A stretch of 43,610 nt of DNA from an uncultured Planctomycetaceae bacterium (GCA_963976765.1 CAXBME010000044.1:1-43610); one strand, 5' to 3'. Positions 1-10,644 are shown, counted from the first letter of the stretch. The notes: a model not told the origin generated them from the letters alone. Numbers and translations: made by a program.

Positions 1-278
1 GATTTTCACCAGAATTCTAACATCGAAAACGGACCAGGATTCAGGGAGCAGATCATGGCACATCCGACTGAATGAGCAGAAACCCCGCATCCCCTACAAC
101 CGGCCAGATCAAGGCACTCAGAGCAGTCTGACCACCATCAGCAGAAGTGCCATCTCCAGTATTCGTTTGGATTTCCGAACCTGACAAACCGCGATGCCAA
201 ACCCCACACGCTGGTTAAACCCCGCTCTGTCAGTCGACCGCTTCCATGTGGAGTCAGCGTTCGGCGCACTTACAAAGA

Positions 279-1472
279 TCATTGATCGAGTGAAATCTTC
301 ACAAAAAGCACTTTGTTCGTTTGCTCTTTGCGTTTCCCAAGCCGCAGCAGGCCTTCGCCGCAGGTCACCCAGCTCTCGTTGCCACTGATGCGGCAGACGC
401 CGGAGTTCCCCAGTGTCGCGTGGTTCTCCGGCATCAGGATCTGTTCGGTCGACCGGATCACCTGCAAAGTTTCCGGGTTGACCTGACCGATGAACAACGG
501 TGCTCGATGGCGCATGATATGGTCATTGTTCGCGCCCCGACGGGTGTAGACAAGGAACAGCCCGCCGCCGATCGTCACCCAGTGCTGCTGAGTGTTGTAG
601 CTGCCGAGCGGTTCTCCATCGTCAAATTTCCATTCACGAATCGGCTCGAAGTGGATGCCGTCCCTGCCGCGTGTGACGAAGGCTGTCTGGTCTGCTCGCA
701 ATGTCAGAAAATAGTTTCCACCAGACTCGGTGAGCGATGGCTCGTAAAGACCTCGCCCATCGGGGATCGTCAATTCTGTTCCGTGCTCTTTATAGGTCAG
801 TGACTCGCCATCGAAGCCGCATCGCGCGATTACACTTGTGTAGTTATGCTTTTTCGGATCCCGCCAGTAACGCACCGGCAGAAGGATGTCACCGTCGGGA
901 AGATCAACTCGTTGAGTGCAACCGGCGTTGATGGCGACGATCGGATTTCCGGAATGATCCTGATCCGGTACTTCCAGAAACCGCATCGGTCCCCATTCGC
1001 CGGAGATCGGATTCAGCACTGCGTACGACACTTTTTCGCGGAGCCGGTTTTCTGTTTTGCCGTCAGCAAAGTTGAACGTCTTGCCGGTCACGAGCACTTT
1101 CCCGGACTTGGCGTGCCAGGTTGGCCAGAGATCTCCCGGCGCCACTTCGTAACCATCAGACTGCCTGGTCCGCTTCAACGAAGGAATGGGTTCCGGCCTG
1201 CTCCACGATTGACCATTGTTCCGACTGATGGACTGATAGATGTCGTGAAAGTTGTGAGTCCCCGTCCGTCCAGTCTCGGACATCGTCGTAATGAGCAGCG
1301 GTTGGGCTCCAGGGACGAAAGCCGTCCGAGCCTGCCACCAGCCCCAGTCTTTGGAACCCTCAATCGCGGTTCGTGATTCAAACTTCAGGGCAACCGGCTC
1401 GATCGTGTCAGCAGATCGTGCTGTCGAAATTGCGAGTCCGATCAGGTTGACGAAAATGATGGTTCGGATCAT
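279..1472 (-). CDS. Secreted sialidase-like (BNR/Asp-box) beta-propeller protein
   Basis: Signal-peptide-like N-terminus MIRTIIFVNLIGLAISTARSA (ATG at 1472 chosen over the longer track start). Asp-box SRNNGQSW. GLYEPSL, SYNTQQHW and RHRAPL motifs are typical of planctomycete exo-sialidase-like proteins. Confidence 0.75.
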   Translation of the reverse strand: MIRTIIFVNLIGLAISTARSADTIEPVALKFESRTAIEGSKDWGWWQARTAFVPGAQPLLITTMSETGRTGTHNFHDIYQSISRNNGQSWSRPEPIPSLKRTRQSDGYEVAPGDLWPTWHAKSGKVLVTGKTFNFADGKTENRLREKVSYAVLNPISGEWGPMRFLEVPDQDHSGNPIVAINAGCTQRVDLPDGDILLPVRYWRDPKKHNYTSVIARCGFDGESLTYKEHGTELTIPDGRGLYEPSLTESGGNYFLTLRADQTAFVTRGRDGIHFEPIREWKFDDGEPLGSYNTQQHWVTIGGGLFLVYTRRGANNDHIMRHRAPLFIGQVNPETLQVIRSTEQILMPENHATLGNSGVCRISGNESWVTCGEGLLRLGKRKEQTNKVLFVKISLDQ

Positions 1473-1678
1473 GCGTGACAGCTCTCGATCTAACGTGACT
1501 TCAAATCTCACGCAAAGGGGAGAAGTTAAAAAGGACGGGCGTCAAGACATGGCGTCTTCGCCCCTGGCGTGTGTCTTTCTCCTGTTGCGGCTCTACCGAT
1601 TGAGGAACAGGTTCGAATTTGAGGCACATTCTCGCACACGCTACGTGTTGAAAACGAGTTCCCACCTCAATCCACGAT

Positions 1679-2971
1679 TTAGCCAAACAAATCGTGCATC
1701 ACTCTTCCGTTCGGAATCAGGCTGACCGGTCGACCCGTTCTGGTGTAATACTCTTTGTGATGGTCGATGCCCAATGCGTGGAAGATCGATGCTCCCAGGT
1801 CGTCGGGGTGAATGTCCGTGTCAGGTGTGGGGCCTTCGCCTTTCTCGTCGGTCGCGCCGATGAGTTGTCCCGGCTTCACGCCGCCGCCGGCCATCATGCA
1901 CCAGTTCGCTCGCGGGTAATGATCCCGGCCGACGTTCTGATTGATCTTAGGAGTCCGCCCGAACTCGCCCATCGCGATGACGAGTGTCCGGTCAAGCAGC
2001 CCCTTCTCCTTCAACGCGGTCAAAGCGGCGGTGAAGCCAGTATCGACCGGCGGCATCAGACGCTTGTGCCCGTCAAAATTGTCCAGGTGAGTATCCCATC
2101 CCTGACTCGTGACCGTCACAAATCGACAGCCTGACTCAATCAAACGAGTTCCCAACAGCAAACTTTGACCGACCTCGTCGGCGGCGAAGAGTTTGCGAAT
2201 GCTCTCCGGTTCGAGGCTCACGTCAAACGCTTTCTGCGTTCGCTCCGACGTAATCATGCTGTAAGCCTGCTGGCCGAACGTGTCGAGTGCGTCGAGCAAC
2301 TGGCTGTTCGTGTCGACTTCCCGCAGTCGTGTATCTAAATCCTTCAGCAGCTTGTCTCGGCGATTCACTTTGTCGACCGTGACACCTTCGGCCAACGAAA
2401 TTCCTCGGACGGAAAATCGTTCGCCGGGCTTCGGAACGGCGTTCGTCTTAAACGGGGCAAATGCGTCGCCCATATAGCCGGCGGACCATTCCGTCTGAGG
2501 AATCGCGACGTAAGGCGGAAGGTCAGGATCACCCGGGAGTTCCTTCATGATCACCGAACCGTACGACGGATACTGCACCGCCGGGTTCGGTCGGTTGCCA
2601 GCCGCGATGTAGGCCTGCCCTTGAGGATGGTCGCCGGTCGTATGACTGATCCCGCGAATCAACGTGAACTGGTCAGCCGCAGCGGCGATCTTCGGAAGAT
2701 GCTCACACACCGCAAGTCCCGGCAGCTTCGAAGTAATCGACTTGAACTCGCTGCGGGTTTCTTCCGGAAGATTCTCTTTCATATCCAGCGTGTCGAGATG
2801 CGCTGGTCCTCCGGCAAGATTCAGAAACAGCACCGCGTCGGCAGTCGCCTTACCGCTCGATTCACCGTGCGCCATCCGCAAGGCATCAGCGAGCGTCAGA
2901 CCGGTTGCCCCCAGAACTCCCGCCTGGAGCACGCCGCGTCGGGAGATTGATCGTTTTGTGAATCCAGCCAT
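1679..2971 (-). CDS. DUF1501 domain protein (Tat-exported)
   Basis: SRRGVLQAG Tat-like signal. LxGGPAHLDTLD, WDTH, GEFGRTP and GRDHYP motifs. Confidence 0.92.
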   Translation of the reverse strand: MAGFTKRSISRRGVLQAGVLGATGLTLADALRMAHGESSGKATADAVLFLNLAGGPAHLDTLDMKENLPEETRSEFKSITSKLPGLAVCEHLPKIAAAADQFTLIRGISHTTGDHPQGQAYIAAGNRPNPAVQYPSYGSVIMKELPGDPDLPPYVAIPQTEWSAGYMGDAFAPFKTNAVPKPGERFSVRGISLAEGVTVDKVNRRDKLLKDLDTRLREVDTNSQLLDALDTFGQQAYSMITSERTQKAFDVSLEPESIRKLFAADEVGQSLLLGTRLIESGCRFVTVTSQGWDTHLDNFDGHKRLMPPVDTGFTAALTALKEKGLLDRTLVIAMGEFGRTPKINQNVGRDHYPRANWCMMAGGGVKPGQLIGATDEKGEGPTPDTDIHPDDLGASIFHALGIDHHKEYYTRTGRPVSLIPNGRVMHDLFG

Positions 2972-3015
2972 CGGCTATTTCCGCCACTTCTACTGTTACT
3001 GTTTCAAAATCTGCT

Positions 3016-3075
3016 CCACAGAGAACACCGAGTTGCTCTGAAAGAATTTCTCTGAGACCTCTGTGCTCTCCGTGG
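3016..3075. repeat. Imperfect intergenic palindrome (CCACAGAGAACACCGAG...CTCTGTGCTCTCCGTGG)
   Basis: 17-bp arms with 3 mismatches between the DUF1549 and DUF1501 genes. Resembles the CACAGAG-type short palindromic repeats of planctomycetes. Confidence 0.6.
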
Positions 3076-3096
3076 CTAAAAGTCATGATGACACAC

Positions 3097-6000
3097 TTAG
3101 TGGTTCGTCAGAAACTCCTGAGTATTCAACAGTGCCCACATGAGATCACGCAGTGACTCGATCGTATTCTCACCCGATTTCAAATGTTTCCGACTGCGAG
3201 CGATTTCGGCATCGGTCGGGTTCCGACTAACCGTCCGCTGATAGACCTGAGTAATCAATTCGTCGATCGCCGAATCATCCACCGTCGGCAATTTTTCCCG
3301 AGCAGGCGTCGTTGTTGAGGCAGGCTTCGCAGCCTTTGTTTCCAGCGTCAGCGTCTGTCCGAGTTTCTTCGCGGTTTCAACCAGCCAGCCGTCTGATCGC
3401 TCCAGCCATTCCAGCATCTCGGTGTCGTTGCGAACGTAGAGAGATTGCAGCAGGGTGGGTTGCCCCTGCCGTTCGCAGTCGCAGTTTGTTGTGCGAAGCG
3501 GTTTGCCGAAGACAAGCAGTGAGTAATCAATGCCGCGAGCCTGAATCGACCTGGGATGCTGAGTGATCTTTCGTTGCGACGTGTTGCTGGACCAGCTATT
3601 CAGGCGAGCGTCGTTCGCCGTTGCCTGCAGAATTGCATCGATCGTGACTTCGGCCGGCATACGACGAATCTGAGCGTGACTGAAGTTGCGAACGTCGTCT
3701 CGGTTTGTCTCGTTCGGTTTCCAGCTGAGCTGGTACGTCCGGCTGCTGGCGATTGTGCGGTGCAACCATTTCATGTCGTAGCCGTTGGCGACGAATTGCT
3801 CGCTCAACCAGTCGAGCAGAGGTTTGTTGCTCGGCGGGTTGGCCATGTTGAAATCATCGGGCGGCTCGACAATGCCAACTCCGAAATAGTGATGCCAGAT
3901 TCGGTTGACGAAGGCTCGCGCGAAGTACGGGTTACTTTCTTCCAGCAGCCAGGCCATCAGCGGTTCGCGAGGATCGTCGTACTCGTTGAGGTCGACATCC
4001 TCATTGCCGAGCAACTTTGCAATCTGTGGCTTGTCGCCGGGCTCCTCGATCCAGATCTCGTTCCAGGGAATTGGCAGCCCTTCGGCGGCAACTCGTAGAT
4101 ACATCTGCCGTCTAAGCGCCGCCGTGTCGAGTTTCACCGGAACGCCCAGCTTCGTCTTCAACTGCGTCTGAGCTTCCTTCGCGTCGGGAGCGACTCCCGC
4201 CTTCACTCGCGTGAAGAACTGAGTGAACTTTTCGAAATCCTGCTTCGACCATTGATCGAACGGATGTTTGTGGCACTGAGCACATTGCAGCCGCACCCCC
4301 AGAAACACGTATCCGAACGAGAGTGCTCGATCCGTCGGGATCTGATTGTTGCTGCGAAACCAGTAGTAGTGCATCGGGTTGTCGTGAGCAGTGAAGTCTT
4401 CCGGCTCCTGATTTCGCATGAAAAGACTTTGCTCGGCAGCGTACTCTTCGTACGTCTGGCCTGGTCGGCGACTCTTGGACAAGACGATGCCGGCGGCGAT
4501 TTTGTCCCAGCCGACGTTGTCCTGGATACGGCGGCGCATCCACTCGTTCCACTGGATCGACGCCGGAGTGTTCATGTCCGTCGTGCCGAGGTATTGCGAG
4601 TTACTTCCCGTCAAATCGCAGAATTTGACCGCCCACCAGTCAGCATACGCCGGAGACTCCAGCAACTCGTCAATCTTGCGTTGCCGCTTGTCCCGTGATG
4701 GATCGGCCAGAAATGCGACCTGCTCAGCAGGCGTCGGCAACGTGCCGATCATGTCGAGCGAAACTCGCCGCAGAAAATCTTCGTCGGACGACAACTCGGA
4801 AGGCACGACTCCCAGACGAGCCAGTTTGCGAGTCACCAGTCGGTCGATCTCGGTCGGTGTGACGACTTCGGGAAAGCGATCACCGGTCCGATCACTGACC
4901 GGCAGCATGACCTGGGTCGAAAAGATACCGTTGTCGTAAAACGAAATGACGTACGTGTCGCCGGGAGACTTGCAAGTGATCAGTCCGTCGGGAGTCACTT
5001 CGGCGATGACGTCATCATTAGACTGAAACCTCGTAAGCGGAGTGACGTCTTCCTGCGTGCCGTCTTCCCAGATGGCGACACACTTCAACTGCTTCGTCTC
5101 GCCAGCTTTTGCGAAGACGATCTCGGCAGGCGTCACGTCAAACCGAACAATTCGTTTCGGGCCATCCCCGAGTCCTTTCGCGCCGGTCTCGATCCAGCGC
5201 CGCAGCAGCCGATGTTCCCAACTATCGACTTTGAACCTCTCACCACCGCCGTGGTCGTCTTCGTGGGTCGGCTTGTAAATGATGAGGCTTTCGTCCGGGT
5301 TCTTGAGATCAACGCGAGGCTCGTCACCGCCGGTCAACGCCGTGTGGTCGGCATCAAAGTCGTAGCCGAACATTGACAAGGTAAAGCCGCCCTTCCCCTG
5401 GAACGACCCGTGGCAGGTTCGCCCGTTGCAGCCAAGCCGGCCCAGCAAGGGCAAAACATGCTTCTGAAAATCCGGCACCTCTTTGGCATCGGCGAGACGT
5501 CTTCCGATATCGATTGCCACGCTGGGTCGCACCGTCGAGCTCTGATCGTTTGCGGCTTCCGGATTCGAACTTGAAGCCCCGGTGTCTGGACCTCGCAACT
5601 TCTCTCCGGCGAGCAGTCGTTGAAACGCGTTCATTGATTCGGCAGGCGACGGCCCCAATTTCACCAGCAATTTTTTCAGCTTCAACTTCAACGGAGTAAT
5701 GTCTGCCTCGGTGACTTCCGTTTCGTAGAGCAGCAGCTTGTTGAGCTTCTGACACGCCGACAGCTTTGCGAGAGAGTCAGCATCCAACTTCACCCCGCGA
5801 AGACTCAGCACTTCCAGATTCTGTAACTGACTGAGACTTTCAAACCCGCCGCCGGAAACCGCAGTCTCGTCCAGATAGAGCGTTTTCAACGTTGAAAGCT
5901 TTGCGAGCGACCTCAGCCCCTCGTCCGTCACTTCTGTCAACGAGAGAAACAGAACTTCGAGACTAGCCAACTTCGCCAAATGGACGAGCCCTTCATCCGT

Positions 6001-6468
6001 CACCGGCGTCCCGACCAGCGACAATGTGGTGAGCGTGCTCAGGCCAGCAACGTTTGCCAGACCGCTATCGGTCACTTTCGTCCGATCAAGATAAAGCCGT
6101 TCCAGTTTCGCAAGCCCCTGAAACGCCGGCATGGCCGCGTCGGTGAGGCTCGAATCTGACAGAAACAAAGTGTCGAGATTCGTCAGGCCGGCAACGTGCT
6201 TCAGTCCTTCGTCGGTGACTGATGGAGTCACGACGGCCAGATAGTCGAGCTGTTTGAAAACCGGCAGATGAGCAAGATGCTCGTCAGTGACGCCTGCCTT
6301 GCTGAACCGAATAAAGCGAACGGTGCCGTCACGGTTCTTCTGAAGGTTCGAAGGCCAGCCACGCAGTGCCTTGATGGCTTCTTCCTGCTCCGGTGGAGTC
6401 TCAGCCCGCAAACTGAAAACAGGACTGAGTAACACGACAAAAGTAACGACCGTCAGGAGCCGGGGCAT
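3097..6468 (-). CDS. Secreted LRR + Ig-like + DUF1549/DUF1553 domain protein
   Basis: Signal peptide. About 8 LRRs (LxxLxLxxTxVTDxGL). CNGRTCHG heme-like motif, Big_2-like segment, FLRRVSLDMIGTLPT (DUF1549), CAQCHKHP, and VNRIWHHYFG / DLMWALLN (DUF1553). Confidence 0.9.
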   Translation of the reverse strand: MPRLLTVVTFVVLLSPVFSLRAETPPEQEEAIKALRGWPSNLQKNRDGTVRFIRFSKAGVTDEHLAHLPVFKQLDYLAVVTPSVTDEGLKHVAGLTNLDTLFLSDSSLTDAAMPAFQGLAKLERLYLDRTKVTDSGLANVAGLSTLTTLSLVGTPVTDEGLVHLAKLASLEVLFLSLTEVTDEGLRSLAKLSTLKTLYLDETAVSGGGFESLSQLQNLEVLSLRGVKLDADSLAKLSACQKLNKLLLYETEVTEADITPLKLKLKKLLVKLGPSPAESMNAFQRLLAGEKLRGPDTGASSSNPEAANDQSSTVRPSVAIDIGRRLADAKEVPDFQKHVLPLLGRLGCNGRTCHGSFQGKGGFTLSMFGYDFDADHTALTGGDEPRVDLKNPDESLIIYKPTHEDDHGGGERFKVDSWEHRLLRRWIETGAKGLGDGPKRIVRFDVTPAEIVFAKAGETKQLKCVAIWEDGTQEDVTPLTRFQSNDDVIAEVTPDGLITCKSPGDTYVISFYDNGIFSTQVMLPVSDRTGDRFPEVVTPTEIDRLVTRKLARLGVVPSELSSDEDFLRRVSLDMIGTLPTPAEQVAFLADPSRDKRQRKIDELLESPAYADWWAVKFCDLTGSNSQYLGTTDMNTPASIQWNEWMRRRIQDNVGWDKIAAGIVLSKSRRPGQTYEEYAAEQSLFMRNQEPEDFTAHDNPMHYYWFRSNNQIPTDRALSFGYVFLGVRLQCAQCHKHPFDQWSKQDFEKFTQFFTRVKAGVAPDAKEAQTQLKTKLGVPVKLDTAALRRQMYLRVAAEGLPIPWNEIWIEEPGDKPQIAKLLGNEDVDLNEYDDPREPLMAWLLEESNPYFARAFVNRIWHHYFGVGIVEPPDDFNMANPPSNKPLLDWLSEQFVANGYDMKWLHRTIASSRTYQLSWKPNETNRDDVRNFSHAQIRRMPAEVTIDAILQATANDARLNSWSSNTSQRKITQHPRSIQARGIDYSLLVFGKPLRTTNCDCERQGQPTLLQSLYVRNDTEMLEWLERSDGWLVETAKKLGQTLTLETKAAKPASTTTPAREKLPTVDDSAIDELITQVYQRTVSRNPTDAEIARSRKHLKSGENTIESLRDLMWALLNTQEFLTNH

Positions 6469-6736
6469 GGCAGGACTCGCAGGCAGGATCGCGAAGGATG
6501 GATTTCATCGAGGACGCCGCATCACGATACGTCCAACCGCCCACAGCGCCAACTCGAAAGCAGGTCTGCTGAACCAGGAGAGGATCGCCAGAATCTGGAC
6601 CACGCAATGCAGTCAGAAGAAAACCGTTCTTTGAAATCAAGCCTCGCCGTTCCTCTGCGCTTGTCACCTCAACACCCTCTGCGTTCAAATTCCTTCTGAA
6701 GAATCTTTTTACATTCCCTTGAGGCTGAATCCTGCC

Positions 6737-7663
6737 ATGGTATCCCCCACTGAAGAGTCTTCGTTTGAAACAGATCGAACGCTCATTGAGGCGCACCTGA
6801 ATGAGCTGACGAAGATTCCGCGGCCGTGCCACAGCGAAGAACTTGAAGCAGCTCGTGGATACGTCACGGGACTTCTCGAAGAGTACGGCTGGGATGTTCG
6901 GCGGCACGACTTCGACGTTCTGAATGACGTCGGTGAGCTGAATCATGGAGAGAAGCTGCACGGCACCAATCTTGTCGCGACTCGGCGGGGCCAGTTTGCT
7001 GCGGATCGGCCTCGGCTTTGTGTCGGCGCTCATCTGGATTCCCGACCTGACACGCCCGGCGCTGACGACAACGCCAGCGCTGTCGCCGCGATGCTGGAGA
7101 TTGCTCGCCTGCTGCCTGGAACGTGGCCGGACGGCGCGGAACTTGAGCTGGAACTTGTCGCGTTTGATCTGGAAGAAAACGGAATGCTCGGAGGACGCGA
7201 GCACGCCCGTCTTTCGAAAGCAACGAACGTCGATCTGCGCGGCATGGTCTCGCTGGAAATGCTCGGCTACTGCGACCACTCGCCGGGCAGTCAGTCTTTG
7301 CCACGAACGCTGCGAGGTCTCTACCCGGACACCGGCAACTTCATCGCCATCATCGGAAATCAGAATTCAACAACGCTGATTGAGCAGTTCGGAGTCGGTA
7401 TGAAAACAGTCAGCGAACTGCCTGTCGAAACGTTGCAGGTGCCAGATAACGGTAACGGTCTGCAGGCGACTCGGCTGAGCGACCACAGCCCGTTCTGGGA
7501 TGCGGGATACCCGGCTCTCATGATTACGGATACGAGTTTCATGAGGAACCCGCATTACCACTTGCCAGGCGACACTGTCGAAACGCTCGACATGCAGTTT
7601 CTGCACCTTGTCACCGAGGCAACGGTTCGAGCCGTGAAACTGCTGCTGGAAAAGGGAATCTGA
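6737..7663 (+). CDS. M28 family metallopeptidase
   Basis: GAHLDS, PGADDNASAVA, DLEE, LEMLG, SDHSPF and YH motifs. Confidence 0.9.
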   Translation: MVSPTEESSFETDRTLIEAHLNELTKIPRPCHSEELEAARGYVTGLLEEYGWDVRRHDFDVLNDVGELNHGEKLHGTNLVATRRGQFAADRPRLCVGAHLDSRPDTPGADDNASAVAAMLEIARLLPGTWPDGAELELELVAFDLEENGMLGGREHARLSKATNVDLRGMVSLEMLGYCDHSPGSQSLPRTLRGLYPDTGNFIAIIGNQNSTTLIEQFGVGMKTVSELPVETLQVPDNGNGLQATRLSDHSPFWDAGYPALMITDTSFMRNPHYHLPGDTVETLDMQFLHLVTEATVRAVKLLLEKGI

Positions 7664-7927
7664 TCGATTGACAAAGCCGACTCGCTGACGAACAGCGATA
7701 TCGAAGGCAAAATTGTCCAATGATGGAAACCACAACCGTCACGAGAGCCTGAACCGAAGTCAGCGAAAAGCGTCTCGCGAAGATTTTCGAAAGGCGATCG
7801 ACATGCCGCCCGCAATGAAGCGGGCGGGGAGCTGATGAACGGACCAGTCCGGCGTTCAGAAGAACGACTGTCGGCAAACAGCCGACTTCAGACATTGCGA
7901 ATGAATTCATCATGAGGAGTGTTGCGA

Positions 7928-8608
7928 CTACTCGTCCAGCTTCACTCCGGCGTCGCCGATTATCTCGTCAAACAGCGGCCCCAACTCTTTCTTCAAACGT
8001 TTGATGACCCGAGACTTCGCCTTTCGAACCGCATCCGGACTCATGTCAAGTTCTTTGGCCACGACAGTAGCATTCTGATCGTCGACGGCCGTTCTGATGA
8101 ATGCCAGCCAGGTATTATCGTCTGACCGGTCCTGGACAGCCTGAACGGCAGCCCGCAGGACTTCTCGCGACACTTTTCTGGATTCGTTGTCCGTATCCGG
8201 CAGCTCTTCCGGTTCAGTCAGCGGCGCCACTTTGGCTTCGATATCGATGTTCCGCATCGCCGGCACTTCGTTCGACTTGCGGCGCAGATAGTCAACGACT
8301 CGACACCTGGTAATCGTCCGAAGCCAGCCGCGAAAAGTGTCGGTTTCTTTTTCCTTGCTGAACCTGTTGATCGACATCAGCACGGAAGTAAAGACTTCCT
8401 GACAGACGTCATCAGTTTCAAAATTCCTGATCCTGATGCCGAGGCACCAGTAAGTCACCAGCGGACGATAGATGTCCATAAACTGGTGCCACGACACCTG
8501 ATCCCCCTTGTCTCTGCGAACCCGGTCGATCAATGAAATATCCGTCGTCGCGCCGAAAGAACGGTACGGTGAAGCATCGTCATCACCCAAAAAACTGTTC
8601 GAGGACAT
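7928..8608 (-). CDS. ECF-type RNA polymerase sigma-70 factor (planctomycete type)
   Basis: T-x-SL-I-x-R...W-x-F-x-x-Y-x-P, DVCQEV and TFRGWLRTI in region 2. VAKELDMSPDAVRKAKSRV region-4 HTH. Confidence 0.9.
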   Translation of the reverse strand: MSSNSFLGDDDASPYRSFGATTDISLIDRVRRDKGDQVSWHQFMDIYRPLVTYWCLGIRIRNFETDDVCQEVFTSVLMSINRFSKEKETDTFRGWLRTITRCRVVDYLRRKSNEVPAMRNIDIEAKVAPLTEPEELPDTDNESRKVSREVLRAAVQAVQDRSDDNTWLAFIRTAVDDQNATVVAKELDMSPDAVRKAKSRVIKRLKKELGPLFDEIIGDAGVKLDE

Positions 8609-9063
8609 CGTGAGGAGTAACCTTATCGAAACCGCAGGAGAACTATCGACATCGTTGTCTTTTTGACGAGGCAGCAGAATCTAGCAAACTGACAAGACAG
8701 TGGGTATGACACAATGCGGAACTTCATGCCCAACACTCCACTCCTGAACACACGCGTGAAAACATAAGCTCCCCAGCCATTCAAGCCGAAGCCAAAGTCT
8801 TCACCTGGAGCGTGAAGAATTCTTTCAGGAGATTGTTCTGCCAGAGAAATCGAAGCTGTCCGACGCACTTTCAGTGAGGTCAAACGGGCATCTGCTGATT
8901 TTGCGGTCAAACAGATTTACTCGTTCAACGCCACAGCGCAGGATATCGAGGCTTCATCCAGAAGCCTCAGGGAAAGCAGCATAAGAATCAGGCACCCAGG
9001 CCCCGTCCCTGTGACGGTCGCTGGTTCCGGCTTTCCCAAGTTCCGAATTGTCGAGTGTCATCA

Positions 9064-10008
9064 TCACGACACTGATGGTTGCGTCGTGGAAGGCTTAGCG
9101 CCAACGATGACTGGCATCGCTGCTTTCCTCATGTGAAATGACACTTTGTTATGGCCGCGTGCTCCGCATTCGACCGGTTCCCCGTCGGTCGTCCATTTCA
9201 TACCTGGCTCGGACTGGATCGTGATGCTGCGGGCCTGCCGCCAGATGACCAGATCGCTCTGCGTGTAATCGCTGACGAGCAACTGAGCGGACATCGCGGC
9301 GATGTTGATGGGTGTTCCGTCGAGAATCAGCAGGACATCCATCAGACCGTCGTCCATCCTTGCATGAGGAGCGACGTTCAGCCCTCCTCCGGTGCAGCGT
9401 CCATTTGCAACAAGCACATTCAACAACGGCAGGTTCGAGAACTCTTCGTCGTCAAGGCGAACGCTGGCTGAGTAAACCTGCAGGTCGGTCATCACACTCG
9501 CGGCGCCGCGAACGTAGCAAAGAGGCCCCCAACGTTGTTTGACCTCTTCGTCGAGCAGGTTGAGCACGTCGCCGCTGTTTCCGCCGGTTGCCATGTTTGC
9601 ATAAGTTCGACGTTGCCTTTTGAATGTCGCCTCGATCAGGTCCACTTGAATTGTGTCGCGGTCGAGGTCGGCTGTTAGAAGGCGTTTGGCGGCGAGTTCC
9701 GGGTCGAGTGGCATGTTGAGGTTTCTGGCGAAGTCGTTGCCTGAGCCCAGCGGAAGGACTCCCAGCGTCGCCGGACTTCCCGATTCGTGCAACGCGGTCG
9801 CAATACCGTTGATCGATCCATCGCCTCCCGCAGCGACGACGAGTTCCGATTGCTTCCCGGCCAGCGTTGCCAGCTTTCTGGCATCGTCACCTGACCTGGA
9901 CTCAACGACTGTGACGTCGGCTCGTGCCCTTAGATCAGCTAGCAGATCAGCACAGGCAGTCGCCGAGCCGGAGTTCGGATTCCAGATCACGGTAGTATGG
10001 CGCGACAC
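9064..10008 (-). CDS. Diacylglycerol/lipid kinase, YegS/DagK family
   Basis: WNPNSG, AGGDGSI, LPLGSGNDFAR, NGRCTGGG, DDGLMDV and DGE motifs. Confidence 0.9.
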   Translation of the reverse strand: MSRHTTVIWNPNSGSATACADLLADLRARADVTVVESRSGDDARKLATLAGKQSELVVAAGGDGSINGIATALHESGSPATLGVLPLGSGNDFARNLNMPLDPELAAKRLLTADLDRDTIQVDLIEATFKRQRRTYANMATGGNSGDVLNLLDEEVKQRWGPLCYVRGAASVMTDLQVYSASVRLDDEEFSNLPLLNVLVANGRCTGGGLNVAPHARMDDGLMDVLLILDGTPINIAAMSAQLLVSDYTQSDLVIWRQARSITIQSEPGMKWTTDGEPVECGARGHNKVSFHMRKAAMPVIVGAKPSTTQPSVS

Positions 10009-10054
10009 GTTTATAGCCCATTGGTCAGAATCATCGAGCGATCAATTCGCAGGA

Positions 10055-10351
10055 TTAAAACTCATCGTCGTAGCGTCTTCTTCGACCGCTGGTCAACATG
10101 GCCAGCGTGCCGACGAACAGTGAGGCGCCGATGACTGACCACACGACCGGGTACTGCTTTGACCCGATCTGCAACGCCAGCATTTCTCCCAGCCCCATCT
10201 TCTGAGCGATCCAGGTTCCGAGCATCGCTCCAATAAGTCCGGTGACGATCGCTCCGAGACAGCCGCCTCGTTCGAAGCCAACTAAAGACTGTGCGATGCC
10301 GCCGCAAATGCCGGCGATAGACAGGTAAATCAACAGGTCGACGATACTCAT
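10055..10351 (-). CDS. GlsB/YeaQ/YmgE family stress-response membrane protein
   Basis: Gly-rich TM helices: IVTGLIGAMLG and WSVIGASLFV. Confidence 0.85.
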   Translation of the reverse strand: MSIVDLLIYLSIAGICGGIAQSLVGFERGGCLGAIVTGLIGAMLGTWIAQKMGLGEMLALQIGSKQYPVVWSVIGASLFVGTLAMLTSGRRRRYDDEF

Positions 10352-10359
10352 AGTTCACC

Positions 10360-10644
10360 TCAACTCCAGGCTGATTTTTCTTCCACCGACTGACGGGTTG
10401 ATGCCGAGGCAGAAGCATGTTTCAGTTGACTGACCGGTTTGTCCGCTTCCTGTTCCTGTTTGAGGGAACAGCGTGGCTCGTTTTGTTTTCGCTGGGCGGA
10501 CAGGTAGAAGGCCAGCATGAACATGAAGACAACCGCGACCGGCACGAAAGTGCCGAAAGAAGCGCTCATACCAAACCCTCCCGTTGCCAGCGTGATAACG
10601 GCGACTGAAAAGCCCACGACTCCGATGATTAGAGGTAAACGCAT
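10360..10644 (-). CDS. Small 2-TM hypothetical membrane protein
   Basis: Two hydrophobic segments, upstream AGGAG RBS, tight operon spacing. Confidence 0.65.
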   Translation of the reverse strand: MRLPLIIGVVGFSVAVITLATGGFGMSASFGTFVPVAVVFMFMLAFYLSAQRKQNEPRCSLKQEQEADKPVSQLKHASASASTRQSVEEKSAWS

